From Mobula hypostoma (lineage: Eukaryota), in the NCBI RefSeq assembly GCF_963921235.1, contig NC_086108.1, positions 87,854,001-87,918,000 on the forward strand: 64,000 nt of DNA, read 5' to 3'. A program made the position numbers and the translations under genes. Each line of letters begins with the position of its first letter. Position 1 is the stretch's first letter. The notes under the pieces are model-generated. The model saw only the letters and a program-made list of their open reading frames with translations, did not search any database and had not been told where the DNA came from. This document shows, piece by piece, positions 50,646-62,853 of the stretch.

Positions 50646-50924
50646 TTGACGGTTTATTGTCTGCTTTTATATAAACAGAACCACCTCATGTCCAACTTTA
50701 GCATGAACTCCAAATACAAAATTCAAAGCAGATTCAAGATGTGATCACTTTCTAATACTAATTTACTTTCCCCAAGATTGGAATCAACATGATCTCAAAT
50801 ATTTAACCCTACAAATAGTACTCCAAATCCAACCTCCCTTTCTTCCTCTTCTTCAAAGTCCTGGTATTTCTTGCACACCCCACCCCTTTATTTCATACTA
50901 TTTGTGCATGGGGTGGCATGGTGG

Positions 50925-51200
50925 GGGGGGAGGGTAGCATAACACTTTACAGCACTAGCTTTCACCCATCTGGGTTCAATTCCTGCCTGTAAGGAGTTTG
51001 TTCTTCCCATGGATTTCCTCCAAGTCCTCTGGTTTCCTCCCAAATTTAAAAAAAGATGTATAGTTAAGATTAGTGAGTGCTGGGCATTCATGTTGGTGCC
51101 AGAAGCGTGGCAACACTTGCACAATCCTCACTGATTTGATCTGATGCAAAATGACTCATTTGATTGCAGAATTCGATGTACATATGACAAATAAAGTCAA
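50925..51200 (+). mobile_element. tRNA/V-domain SINE with LINE-like tail
   Basis: gggttcaattcc box B, gtaaggagtttg..ggtttcctccca, tgacaaataaag end. Confidence 0.7.
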
Positions 51201-51719
51201 TCTCTTTAAGAAATTATTGTTTGAAATGTGGGGGTGGGGGGAAATCACCCCTACCACAAGCTCCTTTATATACTTTGCCATTCATTAGCCATGGCTTACC
51301 ATCCCTCTGTGTAAGCCATGGCACTTCCTCCCATAGTCCATTGCGATAAAATTAGACGGCCCAAATTTCCTGGGCCATCACATCCTGTGAGACGTCAGCT
51401 AAGTCCACATCGCAGTTGCTGATGCCCTCACATTTCCCAATCCAAATTTCATTGGTAAATTTGAGTGCCCTGCTGTAATATTTGTTTTTTAATACCACTT
51501 CTTAACAAACCTCACTGTTGTTTCCACCACACATTTCATGTTGTTTTATTTGCTGTGATCATGCAGTTACCACAGAGTGTCATCCACTTTATAAATTATG
51601 AAACTTTGTGTAGCACATACGCTCTAACACGTCTTTGCTAGAATTATTTCCATCCTTTTTTATTATCTTTCACCATTTAATTGCTTAAAGCACTTCAGAA
51701 AGGCCAAGAGTTGCAGCAA

Positions 51720-52120
51720 GAAACCGAAAGAAGCTGCAGAGGGTCGTAAATCTAGTTAGCTCTGTCTTGAGTACTAGCCTACAAAGTACCCAGGACATCT
51801 TCAAGGGGCGGTGTCTCAGAAAGGCAGCGTCCATTATTAAGGACCTCCAGCATCCAGGACATGCCCTTTTCTCACTGTTACCATCAGGTAGCAGATACAG
51901 AAGCCTGAAGACACACAGTCAGCGATTCAGGAACAGCTCCTTCACTCTGCCATCCGATTCCTAAATGGACATTGAACCCATGAACACAAAAAAGGAATAA
52001 TGAGGTATTGCTCATGAACTGTTCAGAAATTTAATGGCAGAAGAGAAGCCGTTGTTTGAGTGATTGAGTGTGGGCATTCAGGCTCCTGCATCTCTTCCCC
52101 AATGGTAGTAATGAAAAGCG
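51720..52120. mobile_element. Two converging Rex1/Babar 3' fragments
   Basis: Plus: KAASIIKDLQHPGHALFSLLPSGSRYRSLK (51767-51964). Minus tail fragment ~51990-52120. Confidence 0.75.
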
Positions 52121-52239
52121 GTAACCTTGAATATTTCTACATACTTTACTAATGATAATCCATGTGTGACCTCCAAGGATCCATGCCAAACACCTTTTTA
52201 CAAACTAGGTTCAATGTTCTGAGTAACCTTTACCTATCA

Positions 52240-52510
52240 CAGAGTCATAAAGAAAGAGGCCCTTTGGTCCGAAGTCCTTTTAAAAAAAAATTCTCTCCAC
52301 ATTCCCATTAACTCTCCAGGTTTCGACCACTCACCTACTCACAAGGGACAAATTACACTGGCCACATAATCCAGCAATTCCCACATCTTTGGGATGTGGG
52401 AGGAAATGTTCCTGGTCACAGAGGATGTGTCAACTCTACAAAGACAGCACTGGAGGTCAGGAACGAACTTGGTTTGCTGGAGCTACAAGGCAGCAGCTCT
52501 CCCTGGGTTG
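52240..52510 (-). mobile_element. Decayed V-SINE
   Basis: Antisense of tttcctcccacatcccaaagatgtg and box B-like aagttcgttcc. Confidence 0.6.
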
Positions 52511-52619
52511 CCCATCTCTACTGGTCAATAAGTATAGTCAGCTAAACTACCAGTAGTTCCATTTACTGGCCTTTGAGATACAGTATATTATATTTCATCT
52601 CGCCTGAAGCCTTCAGTAC

Positions 52620-52965
52620 GAGCAGAGATAGGGTAAAGGCAAGCAAGCTTTCTCCGCTAAGGTAGGGTAAGACTACAACCAGAGGTCATGGGTCAAGGGT
52701 GAAAGGTGAAAAACTTAGGGGAATATGCAGGAAAGCTTCTTCATTCAGATAGTCATGAGTGTGTGGAACGAACTGCCAGCGCAAATGGTGCATGCAAGCT
52801 CAATTTCAACATCTTTTTTAAGAAAAGTTTGGATAACTACATGGGTGGTAGGGGTAGGGAAGGCTATGGTCCTAGTGCAGGTCTATGGGAGGACGTAGTT
52901 TAAATGGCTTGGCAGGGACTAGAAGGGCCGAAGAGCCTGTTTCTGTGCTGTTCTCTTCTATGACT
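52620..52965 (+). mobile_element. CR1 3' end
   Basis: accagaggtcatggg..gtgtggaacgaactgcc..gaagggccgaagagcctgtttctgtgctg. Confidence 0.78.
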
Positions 52966-53844
52966 TTGTTTGAATACTTCCAGGTTCACAGTACTTTTCA
53001 TAAATGATATTGGGAGAAAGGAATTGAACGTGCCCTTGCTTAAAACTGAGCAATAAACTGGCATATCGATGCTCATGTCCACCTTGACGTCAATCTCCTT
53101 CCAGTTTTATCGAACCTTTACACCCCGTTGCTACTTGACAGAATTCCACATTTGCTACACATTTAGATTTAATCTTGCACAGGCATTAGATTGAAGATTT
53201 CTAGACTCACTCAATGAACTCATTCTTACAAATTTAACGGCTTATTGATCTTTCGCCTCACTGCCAATGCGCAATTATGTGCACCTGCACGCATCCCTTA
53301 ACAAGAACCTGAGCAATCAGTGTGTACAGAGAAACAGAGACAGACACCCACTGTTTACACTGGCTTCAGTAATGCTTGGCCTTCCTCTGACTTTCCCTTT
53401 TGTTCACAGGTACAGCAGTTAAGTTACTGGACTAATTTTCAGGAGGCTCACAGACTAATAATTCGTAGTCCAAAGTTCAGATCCCAACCTCGCAACAGTA
53501 GAATTTAAAGGACTAGTCATTAGCAGCAACTGCCACAAAAAGCATGAGACTGTCAAAAACAAACCTGGCTTACTCATGCTCTTTAAGAAAGCAATTGGCC
53601 CTCATACAACCAATGTGGTTCACTCTTAAAATGCCCTCTGAAATCGCCTGGCATTCCAGTTGTTCAATGACAATTAGAAATGGGAAAAGAGTGTAGACCT
53701 TCCCAGTGATGTCCTGATCCTGGAAAAACTGTTAACACCTGCTAGAACATACACAATTGGGTTATTGAACACCAACAAGGCTGTATGTTTATCATGCATT
53801 TACACAAATTAGCACACCAAAACATTAATAGCCCCTTAAGAAAA

Positions 53845-54070
53845 TGGGTGGCTTGGTAGCGTAGCCAGCAACCCTGGTTCAACTCCCGTCATTGTCTGCA
53901 AGGAGTTTGTACATTTTTCCTTTGACTGCTTGGATTTTTTCCAGGTGTTCCAGCTTCCTTCCACATTCCAAAGACGTATGGGCTAATAGGTTAATTAGTT
54001 GCATGAGTGTAATTGGGCGGCGTGGACTCAAGGTCCAGAAGGGCCTGTTACTGTGCTGTATCTCTAAAAA
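53845..54070 (+). mobile_element. V-SINE/HE1-like SINE
   Basis: ggttcaactccc, aggagtttgtac..ccacattccaaagacgta, gaagggcctgttactgtgctgtatctctaaaa. Confidence 0.78.
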
Positions 54071-54217
54071 TAACTATATAAAATACAATTAAATTGTTCA
54101 CCATAAAGATCAACCCAGCTTCTGAAGGCCGAGCACTGTTTTATCATGTGCCCAATATTCAGGCCAAGTAACCCTGTAAAGTCTATGTAACCTAGCAATG
54201 CATCTCCCACAAAAACA

Positions 54218-55262
54218 AGATTAGATTAGATTCAACTTTATTGTCATTGTGCTGAGTACAGATACAAAGCCAATGAAATGCAGTTAGCATCTGATTGACC
54301 AGAAATGCAAAGAAGATTGTTATCTATAAAATAACTGTGAATAAAAAGTAAGTGCTACAGCACACAAATATAAAAGTACTGAGACAGTACGATATGGGTG
54401 CAATACTGCTTAGCGCTGTGATGTGAGGTTCAGCAGGTTCACAGCCTCAGGGAAGAAGTTTTTCTTGTGCCTGCTGGTTCGGGAGCAGAGGCTCCTGTAG
54501 CACCTACCGGATGGGAGGAGAGTAAAATTCCATGGTTAGGGTGAGATGCATCGTTGATAATGCTTTTCACCCTGCCCAGGCAGCATTTATGGTAGATGTT
54601 CTAAATAGTGGGCAATTGGGTGCCAATAATCCGTTGGGCAGATTTCACCACCCACTGGAGTGCTTTGCGGTCTGATACGGGACAATTGCCATATCACACT
54701 GAGATGCAGTTGGTGAGTACGCTCTCAATGGCACAGCAGTGAAAGCCCATCAATGTCCTGGGACAGAGGTGAGCCTTGTTGATGCTCCACAGGAAATAAA
54801 GGCGCTGTTGTGCCTTTTTGATCAGGATGGAGGAGTTCAGGGACCAGGTGAGATCCTCGGAAATGTGGACACCAAGGAATTTGAAGCTTGATACACGCTC
54901 CACTACAGCCCCGTTGATGTAGATGGGGACGTGAGTGTGGCTCCTGGCATGCCTGAAGTCCACAATGATTTCCTTGGTCTTCTGGGTGTTAAGGGCCAGG
55001 TTCTTGTCGGCACACCACGTGGCCAGGTGCTGGACCTCGTCCGTGTCGGCCGCCTTGTCATCCCCTCTGATCAGGCCAACCACCGCGGTGCAGTCTGCGA
55101 ACTTGATTATGGAGTTAGAACCATGTACAGGAAAGCAGTCATAGGTGAAAAGGGAGTACAGAAGAGGGCTCAGCACACAGCCTTGAGGCACGCCGGTGTT
55201 CAGGGTGAGAGTGGAGGAGGGGAGATTGTCTAACTTAAACTGATTGGGGTCTGTTAGTCAGA
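54218..55262 (-). mobile_element. Rex1/Babar LINE RT-3' fragment
   Basis: [49 protein letters not shown]; (AGATT)n tail. Confidence 0.9.
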
Positions 55263-56079
55263 AAAATAAAAGAGCACCTGAGTAGAACCAGTGTTAATTC
55301 ACTTCCACTGTGCTAAACCACTGCCCGTCAACGAGTGAGCCCAGGTGCTTACTGAATCTGCGAATGCAGCCTGTTCAATTTCACTTTAAATTAGAAAGCT
55401 GGATGGAGTGTGGAATGCGATAGAAGGCACACAGTGTTTGCCCGCACTCCAATCCACAGCCAGCATGCCAGCCGGGCAAAAGGGGACAGCCTTCCTCTGA
55501 ACTTGTTCACAATGTTCTAATTATGTTCTACGTGAAAACCTCCTGCAGATGTCACCTCAGTAATAAAGGCCACACGCCCTCAGAGAGTGGTCAGGCCACA
55601 TCAGCTTCATTCCATCAATTCCAGGCACTGGATTCAGGATTAATCTTACCATCTCCCAAAAATGAAGAAATGACAACACTATTTTGTCCCTCATAAAAGA
55701 GTATAGTTAAGTTCCCAGCCCCATTTCCAGACACCACCAAAGTACCAATCTTGTCGGAGTACAAACGTGGGTTTGAATCAAGGTTAGGCTCCCTCGCCAC
55801 ACGCTATACCCATCACCAAAGCATCTGGGAAAGTTCAAAAGTCCAGCAGTTCTTCCAATCATTAATCCCACTCCATGGAGCGGGGCAGATGCTTCTCCCT
55901 CTCTAAATGCTTTTTCTGCCAATAGCAGAGTGCTGTGCAAGCTATTTGCATTGCTAACACTTTTGAGGGTACAGATACAAAGTTAGATTTTTAAATGTAA
56001 AATTTGAAATTCTGGAAATTTACTGACAAGAGAATTGCAAGTCCCAAAGCAGAGCTGAAAAGTGCCAGAACTGTTACAG

Positions 56080-56190
56080 GACCTTCCACCAAAATGTTGA
56101 AACCATACACGTCCCAATGAAGGGTCCCAGCTCTGAAATGCCAACTGTTTATCCCACCATAGATTTGCCTGACTTGCTGACTTCTTCCTG
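56080..56190. mobile_element. Decayed Penelope-derived fragment
   Basis: cccaatgaagggtcccagctctgaaatgccaactg..atagatttgcctgacttgctga. Confidence 0.55.
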
Positions 56191-56519
56191 CTTTTAGAGG
56201 ACAGCTTTTGGCAAGTGCCTTCGGCCTTCAAGCTGCCAAAGCTTTCAACTATAAATAATTTATTTTTCCACATATTTGACATAAAAATACAAGTTTGCTG
56301 TTTCCTTTAAATCTTCCGAACAATGCAGAATTTATTCCTCCCATGCTTTTCTCTACAATGCAGATTCTTGATTCCACTGCAGCCCACACCACTGCCTTCA
56401 CACCAGGACCAAATCCAGACAAATCATCAGTTTACTTGACATCTTCTCTCAGTGGACAGATACCCTGACCCTCGGGGAACTCCTTCACAACCACTCATCC
56501 CCGATATTCATTACGCACT

Positions 56520-56795
56520 GGTAAGGGTGGCACAACCAGTAACGCTGCCGCTTCCCAGTGCCAGATCCTCGGGTTCAAATCCTGGTCTTGGTCTATGCGC
56601 AGTTTGCACATCTTCTCTGCATATCCCAAAGACCAGCAGTAGGGCAGGTTAATTGGTCCCCAAGTGCGTGCAGGTGAGTAGCCTAAGTTGGGAGGAGTTA
56701 AAGAAATGGTGAGGGAGGGGAGTGGAATTTAATATTAGTATAAATAGGCAGCTGATGGTTGGTGAGCCAAGGGCCCCACTTCCATGCTATGTCTA
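56520..56795 (+). mobile_element. Decayed V-SINE
   Basis: gggttcaaatcc box B, agtttgcac, atatcccaaagac. Confidence 0.6.
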
Positions 56796-57169
56796 GAATC
56801 ACTATGACATTGATATTTACATCAAGTGGCACTAAACTCAGGTGAAATGTGATTGACGTTGATTGACGGTTGAAAAGTGCACATCACATCCATGAACTAC
56901 TGTGAACCATCAGCAGTAACACAAGTATACAACCCAACAGTCTTTCCTCACAGCCCGGTGTGTCCCTTCGTCCATCATAGCAACAAGCCAGGTGATTAAC
57001 TTCGGTTCAGTGAGGGACACAGAAGATTGCACTGAGCAGCAGCAGGCATGCTTTAAAAATGAGGTGCCAGTCTTCTGAAGCTGCAAAACAAGTCAGCATG
57101 CAAGAGAGAGAATTGAATATCTCACAGGCAATGGAGATCAAAGCTCTCCAGGCCTGCAATATCAAATGG

Positions 57170-57340
57170 AAACCACTGATGTTGGAGTCTGGAGTAACGC
57201 ACAAAAAGCTGAAGGAACTCAGCAGGTCAGCCATCATCTGTGATAAAGGGTCTCAACCTGAACATCACGTGACCATTTTCCATCACAGATGCTGCCTGAT
57301 CCAATGTTCTTCCAGTTTTTTGTGTGTTTCCGCAATATCT
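57170..57340. mobile_element. Decayed palindromic Penelope-derived element
   Basis: gcacaaaaagctgaaggaa...ttcttccagttttttgtg inverted arms. Confidence 0.65.
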
Positions 57341-57414
57341 AGCAATGAATAGTGGTGGACAATCAGACAGCAAATGGAGAGGGTGCAGTCTTCAACAACT
57401 CCCTTATTCTCAAT

Positions 57415-57989
57415 GGGGTGTATGGGGTGTCAGGGAGGGGTAGCACCTCTGGTGGGGGAACATGTCGCGTCCTTTTCAGGGCGGTTAGTCCACCTTTGGT
57501 CCCCACCTGGCACTCAGCTCTCACCTGTGGCTCCCCGTAGCTGTTTGCATGCGACAGCGGCCACACCCCGGGCAACGGCTTCGACAAGCCGGCTAAACCA
57601 GGTGAGGGTAGCCAACGGGTCTCAAACCCTCGGTGAGATAGAGAGTTGTCTATCCCAGCATGTGAAGACAGACTCCGGCGGATTGAGCGGACGAGACCAA
57701 TGGATGGTCCAACAGTCAAGAAGGCGGTCTCTGCAAGCGTCGTGGAACGGGTAGAGCAGGACAAGACACAGAAGACGTCCTGGTCATCCACTGCATCTAG
57801 TCCCATCTCCAGCCGTCTAGACTCTGTCTTGCCACTGGATCCAGATGGGAATTGGGAAGAGAGAGTGAGGCTGACGCTGCGCAACTCTCCCTCACTTAAA
57901 TCCAAATCACGCGCTAGTCTCGACACCATCATTATGGTGTCGAGGTCCTCATCGACGCCAACGATGGACGAACAACAACAACAACAACA
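57415..57989 (+). mobile_element. Full-length CpG-rich non-autonomous retroposon with (CAA)n tail (RTE-like)
   Basis: TSD tattctcaat(g) at 57405-57415 and 57990-58000; (CAA)6 tail; related older copies at 9373 and 61480. Confidence 0.85.
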
Positions 57990-57999
57990 TATTCTCAAT

Positions 58000-58535
58000 G
58001 ATAACAGGAGCCAGCATGTGAAACAAGAAACTGAAGCAACTACATTCAGCAAGAGGAGATAAAACATTCTAGCAAATTCCCAAACCAGAGCATAAACCAG
58101 TCCCACGACATCACGGGGCACAACTCAGGAATGTGAATTTCCTCCATTGGCCTGGTCTAGGGTGGATGCCCTATGTTAATCTCTGTGCCAACCAGACTGA
58201 CAAACATCATCTCATACATCCACTGCCTCCACCACAACTTCAAGGGGTTTCCAACCGCTGCAGATATCCAAAGCTGTTCCAGCAGCACCTCTAATTCAGT
58301 AAAACGAGGGCAATGCTGCATCCAGAGTCAAACCTCTTCCAGAAATATGTTGCTGCTTTTTCCAACGTCGGACCAAAATTCTGCATCTCCTCGTCCAGAG
58401 GAATTTCGCCACACTGACCGGCGGCCCACTGAGCTGGACCCATCACAAAAGTGGACAATACATTTCAGCTTCACCAATGACATCGAATTTTCCCCAAGTG
58501 AAAGATTAATCAGAGGCAACAAATAGACAGTTCAC
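58000..58535 (-). mobile_element. Very old LINE (CR1/L2-like) remnant
   Basis: Weak motif resemblance only. Confidence 0.3.
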
Positions 58536-58544
58536 AGAACTGCT

Positions 58545-58800
58545 GCCTGAAGGAAGCAGCAACAACCCGAGTTCAGTCCTAACGTCTGCTGGTCCTGTCT
58601 GGAGTCTGCATCTCCTCCCTGTGACTAGGCCGGTTTGCTCCAGGCGCTCGGCTTTCCTTCCACATGCTTGAGTTGGTTGGTTAATTGACCACTAAAAATT
58701 GCTTCCAGTGTGCAGGCGAGTGGGGCGTGGGGCAACAAAAATGAAATTACGATAAATGCATCTTAATGGTCATTGTGAAATCCGTAGGCCAAATGAGGCC
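58545..58800 (+). mobile_element. Decayed V-SINE
   Basis: gagttcagtcc, ggagtctgcatctcctccctgtgac..ggctttccttccacat. Confidence 0.6.
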
Positions 58801-58814
58801 AAATTGCTCCCAGG

Positions 58815-59470
58815 AGGGGGGAGAAGATGGTGGCGCGACTGCAGCGCGCACGGCCTCTCCGGCGATGAATATCTGTTATCTGTCAAGTAGGGGACCGTGC
58901 ACAATTCTGATTTGATGGAGACAGACGTGACAGCACAGAGGAACATCTGGAAAACTTCTGAATTGCCGCTTTGCTGCCGCTGCTACTGTGTGGTAACCAG
59001 AATCTCCGGAGCTGAAGGCCCTGAAATCCTCGGCTTTGCGTGTTTCAGCGGCCGGGGAGAGGTCAAAGGCCCTCAGGAGGCTGTATCGGAGAGGCTGTTC
59101 GGTAACTCAAAGTTTTCGGACGGATGGACTCAGTGTCGGCTGTGGTCGACTGCTTCCAAGGTATCGGCAAGTGATGGTGCCTGGAGGTTTATGGCAGGGA
59201 GTTTCTTCCTTTTGCCGCCTGCTATCGGGGACTCGGGACTTTGAGACTTTTTTTTTTACTGTGCCCATGGTCTGTTCTTCATCAAATTATGGTATTGCAT
59301 TGCGCTGCTGTAACTACATGTTATAATTATGTGGTTCTGTCAGTGTTGGTCTTTGGTCTGTCCTGTTTTCTGTGATATCACTCCGGAGAAACATTGTATC
59401 ATTTCTTAATGCATGTATGCATTTCTAAATGACAATAAAAGAGGACTGAGTGTTCTCATAATCTAATCTA
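58815..59470 (+). mobile_element. Short non-autonomous Rex1-like element, apparently full length
   Basis: 5' gagaagatggtggcg, CpG-rich body, LINE-type 3' UTR with gacaataaaa and (ATCTA)2 tail; no coding domain. Confidence 0.65.
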
Positions 59471-59526
59471 AAAAACTCCTTGCAGTACAATATTTCTCCC
59501 TCCCTCCCTCCACGCACAAGCGTACA

Positions 59527-59830
59527 GACACAAAATGCAGGAGAAACTCAACAATTTAGAGAGCATCTATGAAGGGGAATAAACGTCAACATTTCAAACT
59601 CAGACCATTCAGACAGGAAGGGGTAAGAAACCAGAATAAGAAAGGGGGGGAGGGGGGGAGGAGGAGGAGTACAAGCGTGAAGATAATGGGTGAAGTCAGG
59701 TGAAGGGGCAGGTGGGTGGGTAGGGAAGGGTGGATGAAGTAAGAAACTTAGAGTTGATAGATGGCTGAAGGAATCTGACAGAAGAGTTTGGATCACAGGA
59801 GAAAGGGAAGGAGGGGCACCAGAAGGAGGA
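59527..59830 (-). mobile_element. Penelope-like pLTR fragment
   Basis: cacaaaatgcaggagaaactca..gcatctatg..gtcaacatttc, followed by a purine-rich tract. Confidence 0.72.
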
Positions 59831-60639
59831 TGGCTTAGACGGACAATGTTTTAATGATTTCAGTTTGGAGATCATCAGCCAGAGACAGTCTCCCACCTCC
59901 CATCAGGGTTAATAGTCAACTTGCTCATGAGTTTGTCAAGGCCAATCGTTGCCATTGGACACTAATCAGGAGACATACTCCATGACAGGCACCAGTGAGA
60001 TCAGAAAGCTTTTTTTTAAAAAAACCTGCTGAAAAGCTATGCCAAAAGGTATCCATTTCTATAGTTAGTTATTACCTCAGCCCATGTCCTGTATTTTTAA
60101 TAACTCGGGCAGCTGGGTTACGACAACAATTAGGGCATTGTCCATGTAACAGAATAAGCAGCATTCTGACAGAACAGAATAGAGCCAGGCCCAGTCTTCG
60201 TTGTTATGAGCTGAAGCAAATAAACCTGGTAGCAAAATCAATGTGCATGGGTTGGCCCCAGTTGCAGTTTCCTCATAAAACTTAGGAAACTTTAAGAATG
60301 TATACGAAAACCATCAACACCTGTCGGAAAGTGTGATGCAAACAGATCTAGTGGCTTACATAATGAAAACTGAATGGGGTGCTGGCAAAAATTATAGTGT
60401 TGCAGCACAAAATATCTAGACAACACTTTCAAGCAAACATCACTGACACGATGGGCCAAACATCCACATCCTTTGCTATATGATGAAATGCTCTGATTCG
60501 ACAGAAATCTCATTAAGCTCAATCAGCAGCACAAAAAATGATCAAAGCAGCAAATTACCCAATCCAGCATGATCATGGTTGTTTACACCACAGTTGGAAT
60601 GGATGTTACAGCTACATTACAAGTACAAAATATGTAATA

Positions 60640-60870
60640 GCTTCAAAGTACATTTATTATCAAAATATGCATCCATTATACAACTTTGAGGTTTGTCTCT
60701 TTACAGGCAGCCACAAATCACAGAAACCCAAAAGACACCATAAAGACTGTCAAACACTCAATGTGCAGAGAGAGGGGAAAAAAAGCAAATCATGCAAACA
60801 ATAAAAGCAAGCAAATAGCATTTAGAACAAAAGTGAGTCCACAGACACGAAGCCCGGAGCAAGGACTTTA
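60640..60870 (-). repeat. Short LINE-tail repeat
   Basis: Same family as 19735-19925 and 27085-27262. Confidence 0.65.
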
Positions 60871-61119
60871 AGAAAACCTAAAAGAGGCCAACAAGAAATA
60901 GGAATAATTTTACAATGAGAAATCATGAAGCAAGCTTTGAGTGTTGGCGAGAGTATGAGAGAACAGAGTTGAGGCAATGTGAACCTTCCAGGAAATGAGA
61001 CTTATCAAAACTCTGCACAGTAGATGATAACTCCATTTAAACATATTTCAGCCAGACCCAAAATTTAAAAAGCACAGATCTGACATTGGAGATTAAGATT
61101 GGCTTTATTTGTCATATGT

Positions 61120-61410
61120 TAAAGGTATCCGTTAGTCTTGTGAGACCATGGATCTGCGCCTGGAAAGTCTTCACTCTCCAGGGCACAGGCCTGGGCAAGG
61201 TTGTAAGGAAGACAGGCAGTTGCCCATGCTGCAAGTCTCCCCTCTCCACGCCACCGATGTTGTCCAAGGGAAGGGCATTAGGACCCATACAGCTTGGCAC
61301 CATTGTCGTCGCAGAGCAATGTGTGATTAAGTGCCTTGCTCAAGGACACAACACGTTGCCTCGGCTGGGGCTCGAACTCACAACCTTCAGGTCGCTAGTC
61401 CAATGCCTTC
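61120..61410 (-). mobile_element. tRNA-headed SINE with RTE-like tail, slightly 5'-truncated
   Basis: Near-identical to the 39666 and 44275 copies; TSD tcatatgt/tcatacgt. Confidence 0.85.
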
Positions 61411-61479
61411 TCATACGTACATCAAAACATACAGTAAAATGTGTTGTTTGCATCAAGAACCAAAGACCAAGGACTTTCT

Positions 61480-61770
61480 TGGTAACTGTAGATGACCATG
61501 ACTTCTTTTGGGCCTTGTCATGCCCTTCGTTCTCCATGAAGCATTGCAAAACCATCTTCCATAACCACCTGGGTGTGTAAATCGCTGGATTTGCACACCC
61601 AGTCCACCACAGTTAACTTCACGCTACGACAGGCATGTCCCTTTCTCACCAGGGTATGAGGCCTGCAAGCTACCCTCACTCGATTTAGCCCGTGTGTCAA
61701 AGTGGTGTACCAGCTCGTGGTCACTGTTGCATGCAAGTAGCTACTTGAAGCCACAGATGAGAACTGAGTC
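61480..61770 (-). mobile_element. Old copy of the 57415 retroposon family
   Basis: Minus: actcagttctcatctgtggcttcaagtagct..gctaaatcgagtgagggtagc..cataccctggtgaga. Confidence 0.7.
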
Positions 61771-61804
61771 AAAATTATTAGAAACTAATACAGTTTTATT
61801 GTAG

Positions 61805-62332
61805 CAACACACATAAAAGTTGCTGGTGAACGCAGCAGGCCAGGCAGCATCTCTAGGAAGAGGTACAGTTGACGTTTCGGGCCAAGACCCTTCGTCAGGA
61901 TTAACTGAAAGAAGAGCTTGTAAGAGATTTGAAAGTGGGAGGGGGAGTGATGGAGCCAAGAGCTGGACTGTTGATTGGCAAAGGGGATATGAGAGGATCA
62001 TGGGACAGGAGGCCCAGGGAGAAAGAAAGGGGGGGAACCCAGAGGATGGGCAAGGGGTATAGTGAGAGGGACAGAGGGAGAAAAAGGAGAGAGAGAAAAA
62101 GAATGTGTGTATATAAATAAATAACAGATGGGGTACGAGGGGAAGGTGGGGCATTAGCAGAAGTTTGAGAAGTCAATGTTCATGCCATCAGGTTGGAGGC
62201 TACCCAGACGGAATATAAGGTGTTGTTCCTCCAACCTGAGTGTGTCTTCATCTTTACAGTAGGGGAGGCCATGGATAGACATATCAGAATGGGAATGGGA
62301 TGTGGAATTAAAATGTGTGGCCACTGGGAGAT
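61805..62332 (-). mobile_element. Penelope-like element 3' part (GIY-YIG C-terminus + pLTR with hammerhead-like core)
   Basis: PVATHFNSTSHSHSDMSIHGL..LRLEEQHLIFRLGSLQPDGMNIDFSNF*; cctgacgaagggtcttggcccgaaacgtc. Confidence 0.9.
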
Positions 62333-62532
62333 ACAGTAGTTTTATTGTACTGTATTGGTAGTGTTCTAATTTGTTCTGCATTTCATTTAAATGCATAATT
62401 TGTTACTCAGTTAAACAGTAGTTTATATATATAACTTTTATACCTTTATAACAACTGCCACGAACCTTTGGCCAATTGGGGCAGTGAATTGGGCCAAAAT
62501 GTTCTGGATCTGGTATGTACCAATCCACTGTA
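62333..62532 (-). mobile_element. MITE-like DNA transposon end (pogo/Tigger-like)
   Basis: Reverse similarity to 9165-9330; ends atccactg+ta. Confidence 0.55.
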
Positions 62533-62853
62533 AATGCAGTTCTGTGGTTAGTCATCTTGCTATAGCAAACAGCAATTAATCTTGTTTCTGATTAAGTTGA
62601 CTATATTTGCCATGACAATGCTGCTTTCATTTGCTTCGCATGGCCACTACTGGTAAAACTGCACTTTCATCCACAGCACCAAATGCTTCAAGCCAAAAAA
62701 CCAACTGCACTTTTTGAAATGGGCTGCATTCCTCTCAGCTCAAGAGTGTTCACTGCTCACCATTTATAATTGATTGCCAGGCCACAGAGATAATCAAGGT
62801 TAACCATAGAACATCAACAGAAGTTGCATCTAGGACAGAAGTGAAAGGGGGTC

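Noticed and set aside
57363-58121. 252-aa ORF and overlapping ORFs
   Set aside because: Shadow frames across a GC-rich retroposon; poly-C and poly-Q come from the (CAA)n tail.
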